Assembly (NCBI GenBank): GCA_030539405.1
Contig: JAUNSA010000015.1
Span: 395-24,394 of the forward strand
DNA length: 24,000 nt
From: Propionibacteriaceae bacterium
GTDB taxonomy: Bacteria > Actinomycetota > Actinomycetes > Propionibacteriales > Propionibacteriaceae
Direction: 5' to 3'
How positions within the stretch are numbered: the stretch's first letter is position 1; every line of letters starts with the position of its first letter. A program made the translations under genes and the position numbers. Below are positions 8,518 through 15,123 of this stretch, piece after piece. The notes beneath the pieces are model-generated. The model ran no database searches. It was not told the origin of the DNA and saw nothing but the letters and a program-made list of their open reading frames with translations.

Positions 8518-9644
8518 TCGTCGACACCGACCTTCTCGCCGGGGCGCTTCTGGCCGGGGAAGACGTCGTTGACCTCGTCCTCGCTCCAGCCCTGGCGCGA
8601 GATGCGCTGCAGCTCGTCGGTGATCGGCTTGCGCTCGGCGGCGTAGGCGGCCACGGCCTCCTTGACGGTGTCGTTGTCCTTCAGCGCCTGGGCGAGCGCC
8701 CCGGCATCGAGGATCGCCGAGTTGGCGCCCTGGCCCTGGTGGTGGCACATGGCGTGGGCGGCGTCGCCGAGGAGCACGACGGAGTCGGAGTGCCAGACGT
8801 CGACCGGGTCGATGTCGTAGACGGCGCGGATGTTGACCTTGTCCATGTCCAGGTCCTGCACGAGCTTCACGATGCGCTCGTCGAAGCCCTCGACGGTGGC
8901 GAGCAGGTCCTCCTTGGTGCGGACCGGGTTGCGCGTCGGGTCGGTGTTGAGCGCGGTGACGTCGAAGCTCATCTGGTTGCGGTGGCGCAGCGGCAGGACG
9001 TACACCTTGGTGCCGCGGCCCAGGTACATGCGCAGGTTGTCGTCGGTGACCAGGCCGTGCGCGGCGTCGGCGTCCACGACCACACGGTAGGCGTGCTCGC
9101 CGGCGAAGACGGGCTGCTGGTCGCTGAACAACTGCGCCCGGACGGTGGAACGGATGCCATCGGCACCCACGACCAGGTCGGCCTCGACGGTCTCGCCGTC
9201 GGCGAAGGTCAGCGTGGCGGTGCCGCCGTTGTCGACGATCTTCTCCAGCTTCTTGTTGGTCTTCACCATGCCCTCGGGCAGCGAGCCGACCAGCGCCTGG
9301 ATGAAGTCGTTGCGGTGGACGAGGTGGGTGTGGGTCTTGGTCTCGTAGTCGTCCATGCCCGGCCACTGGTCCTTGGCGATGGTGTGGCCCTCAGCGGTGA
9401 GGATCTCGAAGTAGTTGGACGCCGAGGTGACATCGGCGATCGCGTCGAAGATGCCCCACTGGCGGAACTGGTCCATCGACGAGGGGCGCAGGCCGATGCC
9501 GGCGCCGACCTCCCTGATCTCCTTGGCCTGCTCGTAGACGGTGACCTGGGCACCCAGGTTGGACAGGGCCTTGGCCGCGGAGGCGCCGCCGTAGCCGCCG
9601 CCGACGATGGCGACGCGCAGGTTCTTCAGCTGGTCAGTGTTCAT
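8514..9644 (-). CDS. FAD-dependent aromatic-ring monooxygenase (class A, salicylate/3-hydroxybenzoate hydroxylase-like)
   Basis: Contains VAIVGGGYGGASAA (GxGxxG), VGADGIRSTVR (DG motif) and LLGDAAHAMCHHQGQGAN (GD motif). Start is ATG 9644, preceded by AAGGAAGAG. The longer track ORF overlaps the PTE gene. Confidence 0.88.
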   Translation of the reverse strand: MNTDQLKNLRVAIVGGGYGGASAAKALSNLGAQVTVYEQAKEIREVGAGIGLRPSSMDQFRQWGIFDAIADVTSASNYFEILTAEGHTIAKDQWPGMDDYETKTHTHLVHRNDFIQALVGSLPEGMVKTNKKLEKIVDNGGTATLTFADGETVEADLVVGADGIRSTVRAQLFSDQQPVFAGEHAYRVVVDADAAHGLVTDDNLRMYLGRGTKVYVLPLRHRNQMSFDVTALNTDPTRNPVRTKEDLLATVEGFDERIVKLVQDLDMDKVNIRAVYDIDPVDVWHSDSVVLLGDAAHAMCHHQGQGANSAILDAGALAQALKDNDTVKEAVAAYAAERKPITDELQRISRQGWSEDEVNDVFPGQKRPGEKVGVDE

Positions 9645-9681
9645 GGTGTTGTCTCTTCCTTGAGGCGTTGGTTGCAGGAGG

Positions 9682-10638
9682 TCAGGTGATCGGCTGGACG
9701 GTGTAGAACTCGGCGGGGCGGGTGACGAAGAGGCGGGTGATCTCGGCATCGTCGATGCCGGCCTCGCGCAGGTCGGGGATGAGCTCCTCGAACAGGTAGT
9801 TGACGGTGTGGCCCTTGACGCCGGGCCAGCCCAGGGGTGAGCAGTTGGCGTCGACGCCGGCCAGCACCTGGTCGGGGTACTCGGCGTGGAACTGCCGGAA
9901 GTGGGCGAGCCGCTCGGCGCGCTTGCGACCCCAGAACGGCGGGTCGGGAAGCTCCAGGTCGTAGCCGAACGTGTCGAACCCGACGATGCCGCCTTGGGCG
10001 GCGATCCACGCGTGGTTGGTCTTGTCGTGGTTCACCCCGTCGTCGGCGTGGCCGAAGATCACGCGGTCCAGGGGCATCCTCTCGTCGTGGAAGATCTCCA
10101 CGGCCGGCTCGGCGTCGATAGCCAGGTGGGTCACGATCGGGACGCCGGTGGCGCGGGCTGCGCGCCCGGCCGCGCGGTAGATGCGCTTGTCGAGCTCGGT
10201 CATCCTGCCCCCGCGGCTGACGCCGACCTTGATCACGCCGGCCTTGGCGCCGGTGGTGCCGATGCCCTCGGTGATCTCGTGGACGAAGACGTCGGCGAGG
10301 TACTCCACCGACGCGGTGGCGAAGTGCTTCAGGGCGGTGTCGCCACCGACGAAGCCGGTGCACGCGATGATGTGCACGCCGGTCTTGGCCGACAGCACTT
10401 GGTAGTAGTCGACGTCGCGACCGTTGCAGATGCCGGTCATGTCGACGAACGTGCGACCGCCGTACGCGTGGAACTGGCGCAGTTGCGCCATCGTCTCGTC
10501 GACGCGGGCCTCGAACGGCTTCCACCACTTGGTGTCCAGCTCGCTGCCGGGCATGCCGTAGCCGACGTGCTCGTGGATGGCGACGTAGCCGAGCTCCTCG
10601 GGCGCGACGGGGCCCAGCACGGTGTTGACGTGTGCCAT
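9682..10638 (-). CDS. phosphotriesterase (PTE) family hydrolase, apparently intact binuclear metal site (PTE-like lactonase/PHP type)
   Basis: 318 aa. Metal ligands seen: IHEHV (HxH), GVIKVG (candidate carbamylated Lys), VTHLA, FGHAD and GVDAN. A GAAGGAGG SD lies inside the 3' end of the upstream gene, 8 nt before the ATG. Confidence 0.88.
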   Translation of the reverse strand: MAHVNTVLGPVAPEELGYVAIHEHVGYGMPGSELDTKWWKPFEARVDETMAQLRQFHAYGGRTFVDMTGICNGRDVDYYQVLSAKTGVHIIACTGFVGGDTALKHFATASVEYLADVFVHEITEGIGTTGAKAGVIKVGVSRGGRMTELDKRIYRAAGRAARATGVPIVTHLAIDAEPAVEIFHDERMPLDRVIFGHADDGVNHDKTNHAWIAAQGGIVGFDTFGYDLELPDPPFWGRKRAERLAHFRQFHAEYPDQVLAGVDANCSPLGWPGVKGHTVNYLFEELIPDLREAGIDDAEITRLFVTRPAEFYTVQPIT

Positions 10639-10641
10639 GTC

Positions 10642-11637
10642 TCAGGCCTCCTTCTGGATGGTCAGCCAGGTGGCCGGGTTGGTGGTCGTCAGGGCGGTGG
10701 TGTCGGCGTCCGACAAGCCGCGGGCGGCCAACAGCGGGACGAACGACGTGAGCACGTGCTCGAACGCGGTGCCGGGGCGGGGCAGCCCCTTGGCGACGCC
10801 GATGGCGCCGCTGGCCACCAAGACGCGGTCGCGGTGACCCGCCTGCACGAGCTCGACGACCAGGTCGGCCCGTTCGTCGTCGGAGAGGAGGTCGTCGGAC
10901 GCGGTCCCCACCTGGGTGAGCCCCACCAGGGCGCCCTTCTCGGCGACGGCGACGGCCGCACCCGCGGCGTCCTTGCTGTCGAGGCCGACCACGAGCACGC
11001 GGGCCGGGTCGACCTCCTCGGCGAGGACGAGGTCGAGCTCGGCCACCGCGTCGGCGCCATAGCGGAACGCCATGGGCGCGCCGGTGGCGGCAGCCGTCCG
11101 GGCGGCACCGCGCAGCAGCGACTCGTCGGTGCCGGTGAGCCCACCGGTCGTGCCGGCGGTGACCACGAGGCCCGCGGCCGCGCGGCGCTCGATGCGGGGG
11201 ACGACCATGCCTTGGCTCACCTCGGCGGTGAACAGCTCGGCGAACCGGTCGGCCGGCCACGGCGTCGGCGGGTTGGTCTGGGGAGTCTTGAAGTAGCCAC
11301 CCAGGTTCTCTTCGGGGCCCATGCCGGTCGAGGCGACGATGTGGACGCCGGTGGCCTTCGACACGGCCTCGAGCAACGGCAGGTTGCGCCCGTGGAACAT
11401 GCCCGAGGCGTCCACCACCGTGCCGCCGCCGGCGGCCTTGAAGGCGTTCAGTTGGGCGACGAGTTCTGTCACGACCTCGGCGCGGTCGATCGTGATGTCA
11501 GGCGCGTGCTCGGCACCGGGAACCACGCTGAGCAGGGCCTCGTGCGCCGCCACCACGCCGAGCTCGTCGGCCGGGACCGGGCCGAGCACGGTGTTGACGG
11601 TGCGCCCGGAGTCACCGGGGGACGTCGTTGTCGTCAT
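10642..11637 (-). CDS. PTE-family paralog with degenerate metal-binding site (probable non-catalytic or neofunctionalised)
   Basis: Aligns by eye with the neighbouring PTE (VNTVLGPV, TGVHIVASTG). However HEH is replaced by HEA, the Lys by Thr (VVTAG), a His by Arg (AFRYG), a His by Leu (VGLDS) and the Asp by Gly (ASGAI). Start trimmed to ATG 11637, with GAAAGG 5 nt upstream. Confidence 0.8.
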   Translation of the reverse strand: MTTTTSPGDSGRTVNTVLGPVPADELGVVAAHEALLSVVPGAEHAPDITIDRAEVVTELVAQLNAFKAAGGGTVVDASGMFHGRNLPLLEAVSKATGVHIVASTGMGPEENLGGYFKTPQTNPPTPWPADRFAELFTAEVSQGMVVPRIERRAAAGLVVTAGTTGGLTGTDESLLRGAARTAAATGAPMAFRYGADAVAELDLVLAEEVDPARVLVVGLDSKDAAGAAVAVAEKGALVGLTQVGTASDDLLSDDERADLVVELVQAGHRDRVLVASGAIGVAKGLPRPGTAFEHVLTSFVPLLAARGLSDADTTALTTTNPATWLTIQKEA

Positions 11638-11658
11638 GGGAACCTTTCGTGGCTTCAC

Positions 11659-11706
11659 TGACACTGTGTCATTCAAATATACGTAGCGTCACCGACGCGG
11701 TGTCAA
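11659..11706 (-). promoter_or_regulatory. promoter/operator of the hydrolase operon
   Basis: Minus strand: a perfect TTGACA (11706-11701) and an A/T-rich TATATT (11681-11676, 19-nt spacing). A perfect 13-bp palindrome TGACACTGTGTCA (11659-11671) lies just downstream of the -10 and 22 nt upstream of the ATG. A related cGACgcggTGTCA (11693-11705) overlaps the -35. Confidence 0.5.
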
Positions 11707-11848
11707 GGGGTTGTCGCGAGTCGCCTGAGCTTGGGGATGGGAATGGAGGCTGCGCCGGCCAGGGCCTGGCCCGACTCGAGGGTGCAGGCGGCGCTGACCG
11801 CGCTGGCCCGCCACGTGAAGTCGTTCCTGCCTGAGCCCACCAGGAGGC

Positions 11849-12418
11849 TCAGCCGTAGGTGTCGCGCGGTCCGCGCCCCTTCACGGTGCGCGGGCCGTGC
11901 CGCCAACTCGGGGCCTCGGGGCCGAGGATGCGCACGGCCTTGACGCTGCCGTCCCCCAGCGAGGCGTTCATCTTCGCCACGATCTGGGGGGCCATCAGCC
12001 GCAGTTGTGCGGCCCAGTTCGTCGAGGTCGTGCGCACCACCACGACCCGATCCACGTACGCCTCCGGCGTGGAGTGCTGCGCCACGGCGTCCCCGACGAG
12101 GTCGGGCCAGCGACCCAGCAGCAGGTGCACGCTCACCTGCCGGCCCCAGCCGCGGTTCTCGATGACGCTCTCCAGCGCCTCGCCCAGGGCGGTCGGCTCG
12201 CCGCGTTCCTGGCCGGACGCCGGACGCCGCGGCCCGGTCTTCTTCCGCGGGGACGGCTTCCGCACCGGCGGCGTGGCCCGCCCTGCGGCGGCCGCGATCT
12301 GGCGCGCCAGGTCCAGCCCGGTGGGGTCGAACGGGATCTCCTCGGACGCCCCTTGGGCTGCCGGCTCAACAGGGTCCGGGGCGTCGGCGTCCGGGGTGGT
12401 CGGGTCACTCATCGTCAT
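11849..12418 (-). CDS. dciA: DUF721/DciA-like protein
   Basis: 189 aa. The conserved C-terminal half (WPDLVGDAVAQHSTPEAYVDRVVVVRTTSTNWAAQLRLMAPQIVAKMN) and the position immediately after recF match actinobacterial DUF721 (Rv0004-type). Overlaps the recF stop. Confidence 0.85.
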   Translation of the reverse strand: MTMSDPTTPDADAPDPVEPAAQGASEEIPFDPTGLDLARQIAAAAGRATPPVRKPSPRKKTGPRRPASGQERGEPTALGEALESVIENRGWGRQVSVHLLLGRWPDLVGDAVAQHSTPEAYVDRVVVVRTTSTNWAAQLRLMAPQIVAKMNASLGDGSVKAVRILGPEAPSWRHGPRTVKGRGPRDTYG

Positions 12419-13580
12419 CCAGCCTGACCGTGCCGGCGTCGATGATCCAGCGGCGTCCGGCCAGGGCGTCCGGGACGTCGGAGGCGACGGCCGCGGTGAT
12501 GATCACCTGCTCGGCGCCGGCGATCCGCTCCGCCAGGCGGGCGCGGCGCACCTCGTCCAGCTCGGCGAACACGTCATCGAGGATCAACACCGGTTCGACC
12601 CCGTCGGCGCGCAACAGGGCGTAGGCACCCAGGCGCAGCGACAGGGCGAACGACCACGACTCGCCGTGGCTGGCGTACCCCTTCGCCGGGAGGTGCCCCA
12701 ACGAGAGCACGAGGTCGTCGCGGTGGGGGCCGACCAGCGTCACGCCGCGGGCCATCTCCTCGGCGCGACGCTCCCCCATCCGGACGCGCAGGCGCTCGGC
12801 GAGCTCCTCGGGGGTGGCGTCCAGGAGTGCCTCGGGGACCGCCTCGCCCGGACCAGGGTCGAGACCCAGCGAGCTGGACCGGTAGGCGACCTTTGCGTCG
12901 TTGTTGCTCGGCGCGATCGCCAGGTAGGCCTCGGCGACATGGGGTCCCATCTCGTCCAGGGTCTGCAGCCGGGCGGCGACGATCTCCCCGCCGAGGCGGG
13001 CCAGTTGCTCGTCCCACACCTCCAAGGTCGCGGCAGCGTCGCCCGAGGTGGGCCCACGGCGTCCGGACAGTGACTTCAGCAGCATCGACCGCTGCCGCAG
13101 CACGCGGTCGTAGTCGGCGCGGACGCCCGCCAACCGCGGCCAGCGCTGGGTGAGCAGGTCGTCGATGAAGCGGCGCCGGTCCGAGGGGTCGCCCTTGACC
13201 AGGGCGAGGTCCTCGGGCGAGAACAGCACCACCCTGAGCGCGCCCAGGATGTCGCGCACCCGGCGCAGCGGCCCCCGGTTGAGGGCGGCCTTGTTGGGCT
13301 TGCCGGAGTGGAGTTCGATCTCCAGGGCGAGCGCGCGGGTGTCCTCGATGCCAGCCTGGACACGGGCCCGGACGATCGCCCGGGGGGCGCCGAACCGGAT
13401 CAGCGGGGCGTCCGAGGCCACCCGGTGCGACCCGAGGGTGGCCAGGTACTCGATCGCCTCGACGAGGTTGGTCTTGCCCTGCCCGTTGCGCCCGGTCAGC
13501 GTGGTGACGCCGGGTTCGAGCGTGAGCTCGGCGAACTCCCAGGAGCGGAAGTCCGCGAGGCTGAGCTGGGTGACGAACAA
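12405..13580 (-). CDS. recF: DNA replication/repair protein RecF
   Basis: Contains LSLADFRSWEFAELTLEPGVTTLTGRNGQGKTNLVEAI (Walker A) and C-terminal LILDDVFAELD (Walker B). TTG start lies 1 nt after the dnaN stop. Confidence 0.93.
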   Translation of the reverse strand: MFVTQLSLADFRSWEFAELTLEPGVTTLTGRNGQGKTNLVEAIEYLATLGSHRVASDAPLIRFGAPRAIVRARVQAGIEDTRALALEIELHSGKPNKAALNRGPLRRVRDILGALRVVLFSPEDLALVKGDPSDRRRFIDDLLTQRWPRLAGVRADYDRVLRQRSMLLKSLSGRRGPTSGDAAATLEVWDEQLARLGGEIVAARLQTLDEMGPHVAEAYLAIAPSNNDAKVAYRSSSLGLDPGPGEAVPEALLDATPEELAERLRVRMGERRAEEMARGVTLVGPHRDDLVLSLGHLPAKGYASHGESWSFALSLRLGAYALLRADGVEPVLILDDVFAELDEVRRARLAERIAGAEQVIITAAVASDVPDALAGRRWIIDAGTVRLDDDE

Positions 13581-13581
13581 C

Positions 13582-14742
13582 CTACTGCGGCAGGCGCATC
13601 AGCATGATGACGTGCTTGTAGTCGGTCGACGGCTCACCGTCGAACTCGACCAGCGGCGTCAGCAGGCAGGGCTTGCCGGGCGCGGTGAAGGCGAAGTTCA
13701 CGTACGGGGTGTCCAGCGCGTTCAGGGCGTCCAGCAGGTAGTGCGGGTTGAAGCCGGCCGCGGTCATGGCCAGGCCGTTGCCCGTCTCGTCGACCACGGT
13801 CGCCTCGACGGCCTCGACCGCCTGGGCCTGGTCGCCGGTGGCGGCCTCGAGCGTGATGTGGTCCTCGGCGATGACCATGCGCAGGCTCGTGTTGCGCTCG
13901 GCGACCAGCGCGACGCGCTTGACCGCGGCCACGATCTCGGCCGTGTTCGCGCGCACGGTCAGGCTCGGCTGGACGTTCATCAGGTGGCGCACCTTGGGGA
14001 ACTCGCCGTCCAGCAGGCGCGTGGTGATCTGGCGGACGCCGTTGGTCCCCTCCCCCTCGAAGCCGATGAGGCCGTCGCCGCCCTCGGACGACGACAGCGA
14101 CAGCGACACCTTCTCGCCGGCGGTCATGGACTTCGACGACTCGGCGAGCACCTTCGCCGGCACCAGCGCGGCCGCCTCGGTGTTGCGCGACGTGGGCGAC
14201 CAAGGCAGCTCCTTGAGCGCCATGCGGTAGCGGTCGGTGGCCAGCAGCGACACCGTGTCGCCCTCGATCTCGACGCGGACGCCGGTGAACACCGGCAGCA
14301 GCTCGTCACGCCCGGCGGCGACGACCACCTGCGAGACGGCCTGGGCGAACGTCTCGGGGGTCAGCGTGCCGGTGGAGACGGGCATCTCCGGCAGGTCGGG
14401 GTACTCGGCCAGCGGCAGGAGCTGGAGGGTGAAGCGCGCGGAGCCGCAGGTGATCTCCATGCGCGAGGAGTCGGCGTCCAGGTCGACCGGCTTGGCCGGC
14501 AGGCTGCGGGCGATGTCGGCCAGCAGGCGTCCGGACACCAAAGCCACGCCCTCGTCCTGGACGTCGGCGGCCACCGTCACCTTGGCCGAGGTCTCGTAGT
14601 CGAAGCTGGACAACACGACCTGGTCACCGGACGCCTCGAGGCGAAGCCCGGCCAGGATCGGCACGCTCGGCCGGTTCGGCAGGCTGCGCGCCACCCACTG
14701 GACGGCGTCGGCCAACACGTCACGCTCGACACGAATCTTCAC
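13582..14742 (-). CDS. dnaN: DNA polymerase III beta sliding clamp
   Basis: VKIRVERDVLADAVQWVARSLPNRPSVPILAGLRLEA.. is a typical DnaN N-terminus. Start trimmed to GTG 14742, with GGGAG 5 nt upstream. The track start at 14781 adds 13 atypical residues. Confidence 0.92.
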   Translation of the reverse strand: MKIRVERDVLADAVQWVARSLPNRPSVPILAGLRLEASGDQVVLSSFDYETSAKVTVAADVQDEGVALVSGRLLADIARSLPAKPVDLDADSSRMEITCGSARFTLQLLPLAEYPDLPEMPVSTGTLTPETFAQAVSQVVVAAGRDELLPVFTGVRVEIEGDTVSLLATDRYRMALKELPWSPTSRNTEAAALVPAKVLAESSKSMTAGEKVSLSLSSSEGGDGLIGFEGEGTNGVRQITTRLLDGEFPKVRHLMNVQPSLTVRANTAEIVAAVKRVALVAERNTSLRMVIAEDHITLEAATGDQAQAVEAVEATVVDETGNGLAMTAAGFNPHYLLDALNALDTPYVNFAFTAPGKPCLLTPLVEFDGEPSTDYKHVIMLMRLPQ

Positions 14743-15123
14743 TGATGCTCCCAGGTCGATGAACGGCGCCCGGAGGTGCACGGGCGGCTGCGTGGCCGAT
14801 CCTATCGTGCGATGTGGGCGTCGTCGGCACCGACGGCGTTACCCACAATCGCGCAGGGTCCTGAGGTTGAAGAGAAGGAGATGTCTAACTTCTCTTCTTC
14901 GTCTTCACACCTGTGGATCTCGTGGACAGTCGGCGTCTGCCCAAGCCGCATCGGTGTTTCGGCCCAGCACATCCTGTGGGAAAACCGGAACTACACGGGG
15001 AGGATTTGTGGAGCCGTTTCCGGGTCGATCCGGCTGTCCACAGCACGGCCTGGTTGTCCACAGGGTTGTTGGGGAGAAATCCCCACGTTCGCGACTCGTC
15101 GGATGCCGTCGCGGCACGCCGCA
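14743..15123. other. probable oriC: DnaA-box cluster plus AT-rich element in the dnaA-dnaN spacer
   Basis: Matches to the 9-mer TTGTCCACA: 15054-15062 (9/9), 15034-15042 (8/9), TTACCCACA at 14839-14847, and reverse-orientation boxes at 14912-14920, 14921-14929, 14975-14983 and 15007-15015 (6-7/9). An AT-rich stretch at 14862-14910 contains a perfect 9-bp inverted repeat, GAAGAGAAG (14869-14877) and CTTCTCTTC (14889-14897). Confidence 0.8.

Noticed and set aside
6784-8646. 620-aa + strand ORF
   Set aside because: It lies antisense to the AAHS-type MFS and the esterase, with the same low-complexity composition and no recognisable domain.
5348-9749. Over-long versions of three track ORFs (5348..6826, 7636..9366, 8514..9749)
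   Set aside because: The recognisable domains start far downstream at starts with GTGA overlaps or a good SD. The N-terminal extensions are Arg/Pro/Gly-rich and overlap the upstream genes in other frames.
9886-11661. 591-aa + strand ORF (and the 539-aa minus-strand ORF 9641..11260)
   Set aside because: These are antisense or out of frame relative to the two PTE-family genes, whose frames carry conserved motifs. The products are Arg/Gly/Asp-rich shadows.
11806-11821. parS-like CACGTGAA half-site upstream of the block promoter
   Set aside because: Only the central 8-9 nt match the 16-mer consensus and the flanking GTTT/AAAC arms are absent.
1114-11849. Accessory block considered as a classical genomic island, prophage or ICE
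   Set aside because: It has no integrase, recombinase, transposase, tRNA or phage or conjugation genes, and its GC and codon usage look like the flanks. I kept it only as a synteny-breaking insertion of unknown mechanism.
11831-11852. Hairpin CTGAGCC-N8-GGCTCAG at the dciA stop, considered as an intrinsic terminator
   Set aside because: It is a 7-bp stem with no following U-tract on the minus strand. Part of it belongs to the boundary direct repeat, so terminator function is unsupported.
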